From the NCBI RefSeq assembly GCF_023229925.1, contig NZ_JALNYM010000004.1, positions 79,998-143,997 on the forward strand: a stretch of DNA of 64,000 bases, read 5' to 3'. Made by a program: the position numbers and the translations under genes. Each line of letters starts with the position of its first letter. Position 1 is the first letter of the stretch. This document shows positions 29,133 to 39,422 of the stretch, piece by piece. The notes beneath the pieces were generated by a model. That model did no database searches. It had not been told where the DNA came from and worked only from the letters and a program-made list of their open reading frames with translations. The stretch comes from Acidithiobacillus sp. GTDB taxonomy: Bacteria; Pseudomonadota; Gammaproteobacteria; Acidithiobacillales; Acidithiobacillaceae.

Positions 29133-29372
29133 CTATGACTTCGTATGAAGAGTTTCTGCGGTCGTCTCCCTCATGTGCTCAAGCGGCTGGGTCGCAGCGT
29201 CTGCGACTTCTGATGAGGGTAGTTGCTTTTCTTCCTTCATGGCCTGCCGAAAACTTTTTATGGCAGAGCCTAAATCTGCTCCTGTATTTTTGATTTTGGA
29301 TGTCCCAAAAAGCGCCATAACAATTAATAACAAAATAATCAAATGCGGAAGACTGAATATATCCATGATCAT
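29133..29372 (-). CDS. tatA: Twin-arginine translocase TatA/TatE-family subunit (orphan copy)
   Basis: N-terminal TM, FGTSKI hinge, GADLGSAIKSFRQAM amphipathic helix; GAGGA ribosome-binding site. Confidence 0.85.
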   Translation of the reverse strand: MIMDIFSLPHLIILLLIVMALFGTSKIKNTGADLGSAIKSFRQAMKEEKQLPSSEVADAATQPLEHMRETTAETLHTKS

Positions 29373-30019
29373 ATCCTCACTGGTTGATCCATATCTCATC
29401 CCGATTTATCCGGCCTGTACCTGAAGGAAGTAGCCCCTCCCGTAACAGGACAACCCATGCGTAAGGCCAGATTAAATAGCGGTCCTTTCATGAGACGCGC
29501 TTAAGCTAGCGCCCGTTATACACACTGATCTATAATCAAGCCCAAAATAAATCATTCACCGACGCGAACGCTTGATTGATGGCCGTTCTAAAAATTAAGC
29601 ATATGGTGCACTGGATTTCATATTTAACGATATTTTATATGCTGGTGGTCCGGTCAAACGTCAGTTGGTGCATCGGCGGGAGCGGGTGCGTAAGACGGAA
29701 CGAACTCCAGAAGAAAAATAAAAAGGATCCGGATGATATGATCAGAAAAGTTGTACGTAAATAATTCAATATCAAATCGCATAATTTTTTCAGCAAAGTC
29801 CGAGTATACTAATGTTGCAGAGGCTGGGCAAGGATTCCAACGCGCTATTATTGAGGTAGAGGGATTTGTGGTATGGCGAAGCCGCGGCTGTTTCACCGCA
29901 AACGCGGCGTAGCCGGATGACAGGAATGCGTTCATTGAACCACCGTGTATGGTCCCATATGCACGGTGGTGTGGGATGGGTAAGATGGTGAGGTTTTCCC
30001 CTGTTCCGATGAGATTTGG

Positions 30020-30628
30020 ATGCCCGATTTCACAACGTGTTATCATGCTCTCGACGCGCTACTCACCCGTGTTCGCCATTGCGAACGTTGTGCCGAGCAC
30101 CTGCCGTTTGGTGCGCGTCCGGTGCTGCAGATGGATTCGCGCGCGCATATTTTGATTGCTGCGCAAGCACCGGGCAGGAGGGTGCATGAAACAGGTATTC
30201 CCTTTAACGATGCCAGCGGTGATAGGCTTCGTGCGTGGCTGGGTATCTCCCGGGAGATATTCTACGACGCCCGACAGGTGGCGATCGTGCCCATGGGTTT
30301 CTGCTACCCGGGCACTGGAACGTCTGGAGACTTGCCGCCGCGATCAGAGTGCGCTCGTGCCTGGCATGGGGAATTAATGCCGCATTTGCGGCATCTGCAG
30401 CTCACCCTGGTCATCGGCCAATATGCTCGGGCTTATCACCTTCCAGCCGAAAGCGGGACACTGACGCAGGTGGTTCATGCATGGCGGAAAGGCTGGCCCT
30501 ACCTGATCCCGCTGCCGCATCCCAGCCCGCGTAATAATCTGTGGCTAAAGCGCAATCCGTGGTTCGAGGAAGAACTTATCCCGGTGCTTCAGGCGCGCGT
30601 AGCCGAGGTGCTTGGGCATGACCGTTAA
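30020..30628 (+). CDS. Uracil-DNA glycosylase family protein
   Basis: CERC, AQAPG, PFNDASGDRLRAWLG, GFCYPG and LPHPSPRN motifs. Confidence 0.88.
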   Translation: MPDFTTCYHALDALLTRVRHCERCAEHLPFGARPVLQMDSRAHILIAAQAPGRRVHETGIPFNDASGDRLRAWLGISREIFYDARQVAIVPMGFCYPGTGTSGDLPPRSECARAWHGELMPHLRHLQLTLVIGQYARAYHLPAESGTLTQVVHAWRKGWPYLIPLPHPSPRNNLWLKRNPWFEEELIPVLQARVAEVLGHDR

Positions 30629-30695
30629 CATGGCATTCAGGAGTGCGTTATCCTCGGATGTGCATGGCAGCCATGCGGCCGCGCCCCAGTGATCG

Positions 30696-32159
30696 CTACG
30701 TTCCGCAAAACGTCTTGAACGGCCCGAAACTCTCGGGGGCGGGCTGAGTATAGCTCTCCAGCCCCGGACGCTCCGTGAAGGGCTGTTCCAGCACGGCGAG
30801 CAGCGCTTTAAACAGGCTGAGGTCCTGGTCCTGTGTGGCGGCGGCCAAGGCTTCCTCGACTTTGTGGTTGCGGGGTATGTAGAGCGGATTGACCTGATCC
30901 ATAGCTGCGGCGCGCGCCTCCGCGGTGGTGCTTTCGCGCGCCAGCCGGGCCTGCCATTGCGCTAACCAGAGATCAAACGGCGCCGGCTTGGCAAAGTGGG
31001 CGCGGACCTGCGCCGGATCACCGCGCACTGCCGCTGATAAACCGCGGAAGACCTGTGTGTAGTCGGCATTCTGGCCTTCCATGGCGGACAAAAGAGCTTG
31101 CGCCAGCGCGAGATCGCCGTCCTCTGCCGTGGTCAGGCCCATCTTGGCGCGCATGCCATCGAGCCAGTGGCGGGTGTAGAGCGTAGGAAACTCGTTGATC
31201 TGCTCGGTCAGTAAGCGCACGGCTGCATCGGCGTCGGGGTGAACCAGATCAATCAGCGTTTCGGCGAAGCGCGTGAGGTTCCATTGTGCGATCAACGGCT
31301 GGTGGGCATAGGCATAACGGCCCTGCGCGTCGATGGAGCTGAAAACCGTCTCCGGATCATAGGCATCCATGAAGGCGCAGGGGCCATAGTCGATGGTTTC
31401 GCCGGCGATGCTCATGTTGTCCGTATTCATCACACCGTGAATGAAACCGACCAGCATCCAGCGTGCGATCAGTGCGGCCTGTGCGGCGGACGCTGCCGCA
31501 AACAGCTCCAGGTAGGGATTGTCCGCACTTTTCAGAGCGGGGTAGTGGCGGGCAATGGTGTAATCAGCCAGTTGTTTGACCCTGGCATTTTCGTTGCGTG
31601 CAGCAAAGAACTGAAAGGTGCCGACGCGAATATGGCTGGCGGCGATGCGGGTGAGGATGGCGCCGGGGAGCGATGTTTCCCGACGGACGGTTTCCCCTGT
31701 CGTGACGGCGGCCAGGGCGCGGGTCGTGGGGATGCCCAGCGCATGCATGGCTTCACCGATGACATATTCGCGCAGCACCGGCCCCAGTGCCGCCTTGCCA
31801 TCGCCGCCCCGCGAAAAGGGCGTGCGACCAGAGCCTTTCAGTTGTATATCCCGGCGCCGACCATGGCGATCGATCAGCTCGCCGAGCAGGAGGGCGCGGC
31901 CATCGCCCAGTTGCGGAGAGAAATGGCCGAATTGATGGCCAGCATAGGCCTGGGCCAGAGGCTGCGCGCCTTCCGGGACCTGATTTCCTGAAAAAATGGC
32001 GGCACCCAGATCGCGGTCTAGCACAGCACTGTCGAGCCCCAGCTCCTCCGCCAGTGCCTGGTTCAACAGCAGCAGTCGGGGTGCTGGTGCCGTGGCCGCC
32101 TGCCAGGGAGCGTAAAACCCCTCTAACTCGCGCGCATAAGTATTGTCAAATGTGATGAT
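30696..32159 (-). CDS. selO: Protein adenylyltransferase SelO (YdiU/UPF0061); N-terminus lacks a canonical start codon
   Basis: YAGHQFGHFSPQLGDGRA, KGSGRTPFSRGGDG and HGVMNTDN motifs; frame stays open upstream to ATC at 32159 (IITFDNTYARELEGFY...). Confidence 0.9.
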   Translation of the reverse strand: MITFDNTYARELEGFYAPWQAATAPAPRLLLLNQALAEELGLDSAVLDRDLGAAIFSGNQVPEGAQPLAQAYAGHQFGHFSPQLGDGRALLLGELIDRHGRRRDIQLKGSGRTPFSRGGDGKAALGPVLREYVIGEAMHALGIPTTRALAAVTTGETVRRETSLPGAILTRIAASHIRVGTFQFFAARNENARVKQLADYTIARHYPALKSADNPYLELFAAASAAQAALIARWMLVGFIHGVMNTDNMSIAGETIDYGPCAFMDAYDPETVFSSIDAQGRYAYAHQPLIAQWNLTRFAETLIDLVHPDADAAVRLLTEQINEFPTLYTRHWLDGMRAKMGLTTAEDGDLALAQALLSAMEGQNADYTQVFRGLSAAVRGDPAQVRAHFAKPAPFDLWLAQWQARLARESTTAEARAAAMDQVNPLYIPRNHKVEEALAAATQDQDLSLFKALLAVLEQPFTERPGLESYTQPAPESFGPFKTFCGT

Positions 32160-32173
32160 GTCTTATCCGTCCG

Positions 32174-34432
32174 TCAGTCTTGATGCACCGGCTCCGGTAT
32201 GGCCAGTTTTACCTCGCCATTTTCCAGCCGCGCTGTAATCCGTGTGCCTTTAGGTAGCTCGCCGAAAAGGATATGCTCCGCCAGCGGCTTCTTCAGGTGC
32301 TCCTGAATAATCCGCGTCATCGGCCGTGCGCCCATCTGCGGGTCGTAGCCCTTGTCCGCCAGCCATTGCCGTAGTTCAGCGCTGATTTCCAGGCTATAGC
32401 CCTTTTGCAGCAACTGCTCGTCCAGCTCCATGACGAACTTGTCCACCACGTGCAGCACCGTCTCCTTGGAAAGTGGTGTGAAGGGTACGACGGCATCCAG
32501 GCGATTGCGGAACTCTGGCGCGAAGACCCGGCGGATGGTCTCCATTTCCTGTCCGCCATCACTCTGGGGGACGTTCATGAAACCAATATTCGTTTTGCCA
32601 CGTGACTCGGCGCCCGCATTGGTGGTCATAATGAGCACTACATTGCGGAAGTCTACTGTGCGGCCGCCGGCATCCGTCAGTTTGCCGTGATCCATCACTT
32701 GCAGGAGGACATTGAAGATATCCGGGTGTGCCTTCTCAATTTCATCCAACAACAGCACCGCATGTGGATTACGGCTCACCGCCTCCGTCAGTTGTCCAGC
32801 CTGATCATGCCCGACATATCCTGGCGGTGCACCGATGAGCCGTGACACCGTGTGCCGTTCCATGTATTCACTCATGTCGAAGCGCAGTAACGGAATGCCG
32901 AGCAGGCTGGCCAATTGCCGGCTGAGTTCGGTTTTGCCCACGCCGGTCGGGCCGGAGAAGAGAAAACTTCCCACCGGCTTTTCATGGTGACGCAGACCTG
33001 CCCGCGCCATTTTGATAGCCGCGGAGAGTTCGTGGATGGCCTTTTCCTGACCATAGATGACGAATCCCAGATCCCGCTCCAGATTCTTCAGCGCCTGACG
33101 ATCATCGGTAGAAACACTCTTACCCGGAATACGGGCCACCCGGGCGACCATTTCTTCAATGTCGTGAACACCGATGCTCTTTTTACGTCGGGATGCGGGT
33201 AAAAGTGCTTGCGCGGCGCCCACCTCGTCGATGAGGTCAATGGCCTTGTCGGGCAGATGGCGATCATGGATGTGCTTGACGGAAAGCTCTACTGCCGCGC
33301 GCAGGGCGGTGTCGGTATAACGCAGGCCATGATGCTGCTCAAACTGCCCCTTCAGTCCGCGCAAAATCTGCACGGACTCTTCCTGAGAGGGCTCCGGCAC
33401 GTCAATTTTCTGGAAGCGGCGGGTTAGCGCGCGATCTTTCTCAAAATACTGGCGGAACTCCTGATAGGTGGTCGCCCCAATGCACTTCAGTTCGCCGGAG
33501 GCGAGGGCTGGCTTCAGCAGATTGGAGGCATCCATGGCGCCGCCCGAAGCGGCTCCGGCGCCGATCAGGGTATGAATCTCGTCAATGAAGAGGATGCTGT
33601 TGGGTTTTTTGCGCAGAGCCTTCAGCACACCCTTCAGGCGTTCTTCAAAGTCACCCCGATAGCGGGATCCGGCGATCAAGGCCCCCAAATCCAAGGCATA
33701 AATCGTCGCATCTTCCAGCATCTCCGGCACCTTGCCGGCGACAATGGCGTGCGCAAGGCCTTCGACGATAGCGGTTTTCCCGACCCCCGGTTCACCGACG
33801 AAAAGGGGGTTGTTTTTTCGGCGCCGCGCCAGCACCTGCAGCGCCCGTATCAACTCCTCTTGGCGTCCGATCAGCGGGTCCAGCCGCCCGGCCCGCGCCA
33901 AGGCATTGAGGTTGCGCGCATAGGCGGTCAGTGGGTCCTTACTGTTTCCCTTCTTTTCCGTGGTGCCTTCGACTTCCTCTTCTTCCTCATCCATGACTTC
34001 ATCCTTGCGCATGCCATGCGCCAGAAAATTGACCACATCGAGTCGTGTCACGTGCTCCTTTTGCAGGAAATAAACGGCGTGGGAGTCTCTCTCGGCGAAG
34101 ATGGCGACAATGACATTCGCTCCCGAGACCGCTTCCTTACCCGCCGACTGCACATGGTAAAGGGCACGCTGAATGACCCGCTGAAAACCTACGGATGGTT
34201 GGGTGTTGACCGTTCCTGCAGGACCCATGGCAGGTATCTTGCGTTCCAGAAACCTCTGCAGTTCCGCAGACAGATGGGTGCGATCGGCACCGCAAGCGCT
34301 GAGCACATCCATGCCGTCAGGGTTATCCAGAAGGGCAAGCAGGAGATGTTCCACGGATGCATATTCATGTCCGTACTGACGGGCCATCTGGAAGGCCTGA
34401 TTGATGGACTGTTCCAGAGATTTATCGATCAT
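32174..34432 (-). CDS. clpA: ATP-dependent Clp protease ATP-binding subunit ClpA
   Basis: Two AAA+ modules ([16 protein letters not shown]), no ClpB middle domain, downstream of clpS. Confidence 0.97.
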   Translation of the reverse strand: MIDKSLEQSINQAFQMARQYGHEYASVEHLLLALLDNPDGMDVLSACGADRTHLSAELQRFLERKIPAMGPAGTVNTQPSVGFQRVIQRALYHVQSAGKEAVSGANVIVAIFAERDSHAVYFLQKEHVTRLDVVNFLAHGMRKDEVMDEEEEEVEGTTEKKGNSKDPLTAYARNLNALARAGRLDPLIGRQEELIRALQVLARRRKNNPLFVGEPGVGKTAIVEGLAHAIVAGKVPEMLEDATIYALDLGALIAGSRYRGDFEERLKGVLKALRKKPNSILFIDEIHTLIGAGAASGGAMDASNLLKPALASGELKCIGATTYQEFRQYFEKDRALTRRFQKIDVPEPSQEESVQILRGLKGQFEQHHGLRYTDTALRAAVELSVKHIHDRHLPDKAIDLIDEVGAAQALLPASRRKKSIGVHDIEEMVARVARIPGKSVSTDDRQALKNLERDLGFVIYGQEKAIHELSAAIKMARAGLRHHEKPVGSFLFSGPTGVGKTELSRQLASLLGIPLLRFDMSEYMERHTVSRLIGAPPGYVGHDQAGQLTEAVSRNPHAVLLLDEIEKAHPDIFNVLLQVMDHGKLTDAGGRTVDFRNVVLIMTTNAGAESRGKTNIGFMNVPQSDGGQEMETIRRVFAPEFRNRLDAVVPFTPLSKETVLHVVDKFVMELDEQLLQKGYSLEISAELRQWLADKGYDPQMGARPMTRIIQEHLKKPLAEHILFGELPKGTRITARLENGEVKLAIPEPVHQD

Positions 34433-34435
34433 GGG

Positions 34436-34744
34436 TCACTCCTTTTCCATGATACAGCGCAGTGGGTGCTGGTGTTGCCGGGCATCAACGGTGACCAGAG
34501 CGACCTTGGTTTCCGCCAGATCATAGGGAAAAATCCCGCATAATCCCTTACCCTGCTGATGTACCGCCATCATCACCGCGACTGCCTCCTCATGGGGCTT
34601 GTGAAAATACGCTTCAAGAATATGCACGACATAGTCCATGGGAGTGAAATCATCATTTACCAGCAGCACCCGGTACATGCGGGGTTCCTGTACCTGCGGC
34701 TCGCGCTCCAGGATGGTGCTGCGACGGTGCGGTGTTCTACCCAT
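34436..34744 (-). CDS. clpS: Clp protease adaptor ClpS
   Basis: YRVLLVNDDFTPMDYVV and VHQQGKGLCG motifs. Confidence 0.96.
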   Translation of the reverse strand: MGRTPHRRSTILEREPQVQEPRMYRVLLVNDDFTPMDYVVHILEAYFHKPHEEAVAVMMAVHQQGKGLCGIFPYDLAETKVALVTVDARQHQHPLRCIMEKE

Positions 34745-34867
34745 GACCTACACTCCATAGTATTTAACATCCGCTGTCATTGTGGCGCCTGCCCGCCACT
34801 CTGGCAAGGTGGTCCACCAGCAAAATCCGCATACCCTTCGCCTTTCGAAGATGGGGTTGCTGGTGGC

Positions 34868-34901
34868 AAAAAAAAAGCGCCGGAGGCTTCCCCCGGCGCT
34901 T
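34868..34901 (-). terminator. Rho-independent terminator of the PPIase gene
   Basis: AAGCGCCGG/CCGGCGCTT stem followed by a U-run on the minus strand, about 20 nt after the stop. Confidence 0.8.
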
Positions 34902-34921
34902 CTGCTCAAACGATACCGAAA

Positions 34922-35698
34922 TTACTTGGTGATATCGATTTTCGCCTGGCTGCGCAAATCGGCGACGAACTTGGCGGCCTCCTGCTGCTGCAACTGCATC
35001 TTGATACGATCCTTCATGGCACTCAGTGGCGGAGGGGTCAGGGCACGAGTCGCCTGTACCTCAATCACGTGATAACCGAACTGGGTCTGCACCGGGCCAA
35101 CGGGCTTGTCGATAGGGGCTGTCTCGATGGCCTGAGCGAAGGGTGGAACGACCATGCCGGGGACAATCCAGCCCAGTTCGCCACCGTGGGCGGCACTGGC
35201 CTTGTCAATGGAGTCTTTCTCCGCCAGGGTAGAGAACTTTTTGCCAGCCTTGAGCTCAGCCACAACCTTGTCGGCTTCGGCCTTGGTCTTCACCAGGATG
35301 TGACGCACTTCAAATTCCTTCTTACCCATGGCCTGGACGAACCGGTTGTAGGCATTCTGGATGTCGGTTTCAGGAACCGGATGATCTTTTACATACTGGT
35401 CCACCGCCGCATCGGCCAGGATCTGACGCTTGGCTATGGCCAAGCGTTGCTTGACATCAGAGGACTGTCCCAGCTTGTGATTGATGGCATACTGCGAAAG
35501 TACTTCCATGTTTACCAGATTCTGCACCACCTGCTCGCGGGCATTGGGCTCTTTGGCAAGCGCCGGGCTCATGGACATGATGGCCTGCACCTGGCTGTTG
35601 TCGATGGCGGTACCATTGACGGTGGCGACAGGGGCAGCAAAAGCAGGTACTGCAAAAGCGCTGACTGTGGCAGCAAGAATGACCGCGCGAAGTTTCAT
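34922..35698 (-). CDS. Periplasmic parvulin-type peptidyl-prolyl isomerase (PpiC/PrsA-like)
   Basis: Signal peptide; VRHILV, GGELGW and QTQFGYHVI motifs. Confidence 0.9.
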   Translation of the reverse strand: MKLRAVILAATVSAFAVPAFAAPVATVNGTAIDNSQVQAIMSMSPALAKEPNAREQVVQNLVNMEVLSQYAINHKLGQSSDVKQRLAIAKRQILADAAVDQYVKDHPVPETDIQNAYNRFVQAMGKKEFEVRHILVKTKAEADKVVAELKAGKKFSTLAEKDSIDKASAAHGGELGWIVPGMVVPPFAQAIETAPIDKPVGPVQTQFGYHVIEVQATRALTPPPLSAMKDRIKMQLQQQEAAKFVADLRSQAKIDITK

Positions 35699-35762
35699 AA
35701 ATTTTCCTTCAGGTTAAGTGACGCTGGCCCTATTATCCATAGTGGCGGACAAAGGGGAAGTA

Positions 35763-36329
35763 TCAGGAGGTACTACGTTGCAGTGGCGCCTCTGTTTCCC
35801 GACGTTTTTCGGGGCCGAGGAGGAGTTCCACCAAGGTAAGAGCAAAATCCATAGCAGTACCAGGTCCCCGTGAAGTAACCAGGGGGCCATCAACCACTAC
35901 GGCACTCTCTTGATAGGTGTAGTCCGAGCTCTGCGGGTCGAGGGTGCCTGGATAGGCGGTGACTTGGCGCCCGTCGAGCAGATGATGGGTGACCAGCATG
36001 CCGGGTGCCGCACAAATGGCGGCAATAATCTGCCCTCGCCGGTGCCTTTCCTGCAGAAGCTGAATAAGCGGTGGGTGCGCTGCCAAGCGCTGCACGCCCT
36101 CATTGCCGCCAGGGAGCAGGATCACATCAATATCAACGCTGAGCACATCGGCTAACAGTGCGTCGGGTTGCAGACGCAACCCGCGCCCGCCGGTGACCAA
36201 TCCTGCATCGAGCCCAGCGAGGATAACCTTTAAACCCGCCCGCCGAAGAATGTCGCAGGAGTTCACCACCTCCATATCCTCGAAGCCGTCCGCCACGGGG
36301 ATAAGTACCTGTATTGCCGAGGTCACCAT
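35763..36329 (-). CDS. DJ-1/ThiJ (YajL-like) family protein
   Basis: GFEDME, LPGG, AICAAP and TSRGPGTA motifs. Confidence 0.92.
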   Translation of the reverse strand: MVTSAIQVLIPVADGFEDMEVVNSCDILRRAGLKVILAGLDAGLVTGGRGLRLQPDALLADVLSVDIDVILLPGGNEGVQRLAAHPPLIQLLQERHRRGQIIAAICAAPGMLVTHHLLDGRQVTAYPGTLDPQSSDYTYQESAVVVDGPLVTSRGPGTAMDFALTLVELLLGPEKRRETEAPLQRSTS

Positions 36330-36463
36330 GGCCCTGTTCCTCTTAGAATAAATGTAAGATATTTACCATTCGGGCAGCCCGAACAGCCACCTTTGGTTCG
36401 ACCGCGCGCGTGCGAAATTTATCCATGATCAGCGCATGACAAAGCAAAATATTTCTGGCCGGA

Positions 36464-37891
36464 TCATTGTCCCACGGCTTTCGGAAGGGGAATTACGGTG
36501 TCGACGGTATGCCCCTTCTTCCGTACCGGGACGACCTTGCCTTCCAGAATGGCGAGTGCTTCGCGCAGCGGGTAATCCTTAGCCAGGTCTGGCCTCAGGA
36601 CACTGCTGGCGGCCATGGGCTCCTCTTCCTTCGTGGACCGGGTGGCTGCGGTGGCTGGCAGGGCGATGGTGTACTGGGGGGTGACCTTGCTGCATTCGTC
36701 CGGCGCTTTCAGTACACCGTGTAATTCCGACTCTTTCAGGAGGTCGGCATCCAGGGCACGCAGCTGTGCATTGGCTGGCTGCACCTGGATGTTGGGGATA
36801 ATACCCTGGCTTTGGATGGAGCAGCCCGCCGGGGTGTAATAGAGTGCCGTAGTCAGTTTGAGGGCACCGCCATTGCTCAGCGGCATCACCGTTTGCACCG
36901 ATCCTTTGCCAAAGCTGCGCTGGCCCATGACCAGAGCACGGCGGTCATCCTTGAGGGCGCCGGTGACAATTTCGGCCGCCGAGGCGGAGCCGCCATTGAT
37001 GAGCACAATCATGGGCGCGCCGTGGAGATAGTCTGGTCCATGGGCGGAGAAACGCATGTCGCTGTTGGTGGTACGGCCTTTGGTGTAGACGATCAGTCCT
37101 TTGTTCAGGAAGATGTCCGCCGTCTCGACCCCCGCCCCGAGCACTCCACCCGGATTATTGCGCAGGTCGAGGATCAAGCCTTTGAGGTGCCCGTTAGCCT
37201 CCTGCTCCAGATGCTCTACGGCCTTGCGGGTCGCACTGCCCGTGTTGTCCTGGAACTGACTGATACGGATGTAGCCAATACCGGGTGCGAGCATCGCGGC
37301 GCGCACACTCTGCACCTTGATGATGGCGCGGGTCAGGGTGAAGTGCAGGGGCTGGGCCTGATGGGGTCGTAAAATGGTCAGGGTTACCTGCGTGCCTGGT
37401 TTGCCTCGCATCATATCCACGGTCTTTTGCAGGCCGATGCCCTGCAGGGCCTTGCCGTCAATTTTGACGATGAGGTCGCCTGATTCGATGCCCGCCTTTG
37501 CTGCCGGGGTACCGTCGATGGGGGCAACCACTTTAAGTACCCCATGATCACCCGTTACCTCGATACCCAGCCCTCCAAACTTACCATTGGTGAGCACTTG
37601 CATCTCTTTGAATTCTTTTGGCGTCAGATAGGCAGAGTGGGGGTCCAGGGCGCTGACCATGCCATTGATGGCGCCATCCATCAGTTTCTTGTCGGAAGTG
37701 GGATCGACGTAATTGGATTTGACGATCTCGAAGACCTGACTGAGGGTCTGGATTTGTTCCAGAGGGATGTTATCCTGATCCTTAGCCGCATAAACGGTGA
37801 CCGCAAAACTGACGCTGACGCCCAGAACGAGCCCGATGCCGACGCCCAGCAAAGTACTGCGGCATGGTTTAGGGAAGCAGAAAGCGGACAT
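36464..37891 (-). CDS. Carboxyl-terminal processing protease, S41 family (CtpA-like)
   Basis: LDPHS, PDZ domain (FGGLGIEV), DLRNNPGG, SASAAEIV and SFGKGSVQ motifs. Confidence 0.93.
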   Translation of the reverse strand: MSAFCFPKPCRSTLLGVGIGLVLGVSVSFAVTVYAAKDQDNIPLEQIQTLSQVFEIVKSNYVDPTSDKKLMDGAINGMVSALDPHSAYLTPKEFKEMQVLTNGKFGGLGIEVTGDHGVLKVVAPIDGTPAAKAGIESGDLIVKIDGKALQGIGLQKTVDMMRGKPGTQVTLTILRPHQAQPLHFTLTRAIIKVQSVRAAMLAPGIGYIRISQFQDNTGSATRKAVEHLEQEANGHLKGLILDLRNNPGGVLGAGVETADIFLNKGLIVYTKGRTTNSDMRFSAHGPDYLHGAPMIVLINGGSASAAEIVTGALKDDRRALVMGQRSFGKGSVQTVMPLSNGGALKLTTALYYTPAGCSIQSQGIIPNIQVQPANAQLRALDADLLKESELHGVLKAPDECSKVTPQYTIALPATAATRSTKEEEPMAASSVLRPDLAKDYPLREALAILEGKVVPVRKKGHTVDTVIPLPKAVGQ

Positions 37892-37990
37892 GGATGAAGT
37901 CTCCGATGGTGCAACGGCACCCCGTGAATATTTGCGGTAAAAGGAAGGCGACCGGCAACATGGTGCATCTCATAAAGGTCAAGTCATTCC

Positions 37991-39418
37991 TCAATTGTGA
38001 ATGTAGTCCAATGGGTTAACAGGATGTCCGGCGTTACGCATCTCAAAATAGAGGCCATCGTTCCCCAATTCCCCACCGCTGCCGACACTGCCTACCGGGC
38101 GACCTGCAGAGATCTGTTGTCCGACGTGGACATTAGTAACGCCCAAGTGCCCATATATGGCCAATAAGCTATGTGCGATTTGCACGATGACAATCTGTCC
38201 ATAGCCCCGTAAAGGTCCCGCGTAAAGTACCATGCCTGGTGCAATGGCGCGAACTGGTGTCCCTACTGCGGCCTGGAAGGTAATGCCCTGCCAGTTGAGT
38301 CCGCCAGTCACCCGCGGCGCCCCAAAACGGGCGCTGACAGGCCCGCTTACTGGCGCGGGGTAGTTACCGTGACCGACGATGGGTGTGGCAGGCAATGCGG
38401 GTGGGGGCGCCGCCGCTATCACTGGCGGATGCACGACGGTGCTGGGCAGCTGCTTTGGCGCATTTGCCGCACGTTGAACCTGTTGTGCCCGCGCTGTTTC
38501 CTGCGCTCGCCGCACGCGCCGTTCTGCCTGTTTCTCCTGGGCCAGACGATGTTGCTCATCGGCCTGCCGTCGTGCGGCGATTGCCGCTGCACGACGGGCC
38601 GCCGCTTCGGCTTCGACCTTGCGTTGCGCTTCGGCGGCAGCCGCAGCCGCCTTGGCGCGGGCGACCTCTTCCTGGTGGCGGAACTGTACGAGCAGACGGC
38701 CCACTAGTCCATCGAGAATATTGGCGTTTGCCTGCAGTTCGGAAATCTTCGATTTGTCGGCGGCAATGCGGCTTGCCAGTTGATTTTCCAGCGCGGCTTG
38801 ATGCCGGCGCTGTTGCTGGAGAGTTTGCTCTTGAGCACCGACCTGCCGCGCCAATTGGGCGAGGTGCATTTCGTGGGTTTGCACTTCGTGCTTAGTCTTC
38901 AGTATTTGTTGAGCGGTGCCTTGCGTTTTGATAATGAGTGTACTGCGCGTCCCGGCCAGGGACTCATAAAAGACGTTCATACGCCCCAGTTCTCCCGGAC
39001 GTTCTGTTTGCAGCCAGACGGCGAGCGGCGTGACACCACCCAACGTATAGGCGGCACGTAACTGTTGGGCGAGAATGCCTTTTTGCTGAGCCAGTTCAGC
39101 CTGAAGTGCATTGATTTTTGCCCGCAGCTCAGCGATCTGCGTTTGTGCCTGGTGCTGCCGCTGCTGAATCCCGGCCAGTTTTCTCTGCGTCGAAACAATC
39201 CGCTGATTAATGGTGATTATTTCTCCGCGCAGCTGTGCCTGGGTTTTCTGCCCCGCTAAAAGGTGCGCCTGCATTTGCCCCAAATTCTCGTGGATATGCT
39301 CCAGCTTTTGCCGGCTGTGTTGTATTTTTTCCTGCAACGTTGCTGCTTCTCCTCCCACTGGGAGGAGAAGGGTCAAAGCAAGCAGTGCGCTGATGCGGGG
39401 ATGGGACAAAAGCGACAT
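37991..39418 (-). CDS. envC: Murein hydrolase activator EnvC (M23 family)
   Basis: Signal peptide, long coiled coil, degenerate M23 domain (WQGITF...LYFEMR), gpmI-envC-ctp context; start MSLLSHPR at 39418. Confidence 0.85.
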   Translation of the reverse strand: MSLLSHPRISALLALTLLLPVGGEAATLQEKIQHSRQKLEHIHENLGQMQAHLLAGQKTQAQLRGEIITINQRIVSTQRKLAGIQQRQHQAQTQIAELRAKINALQAELAQQKGILAQQLRAAYTLGGVTPLAVWLQTERPGELGRMNVFYESLAGTRSTLIIKTQGTAQQILKTKHEVQTHEMHLAQLARQVGAQEQTLQQQRRHQAALENQLASRIAADKSKISELQANANILDGLVGRLLVQFRHQEEVARAKAAAAAAEAQRKVEAEAAARRAAAIAARRQADEQHRLAQEKQAERRVRRAQETARAQQVQRAANAPKQLPSTVVHPPVIAAAPPPALPATPIVGHGNYPAPVSGPVSARFGAPRVTGGLNWQGITFQAAVGTPVRAIAPGMVLYAGPLRGYGQIVIVQIAHSLLAIYGHLGVTNVHVGQQISAGRPVGSVGSGGELGNDGLYFEMRNAGHPVNPLDYIHN

Positions 39419-39422
39419 AGTC

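Noticed and set aside
29654-30046. 130-aa minus-strand ORF as a real gene
   Set aside because: No motif or ribosome-binding site, atypical composition, and it overlaps the UDG start.
38380-38700. Ala/Arg/Gln-rich and Pro-rich low-complexity stretch as a repeat element
   Set aside because: It is the normal coiled-coil and linker region of EnvC.
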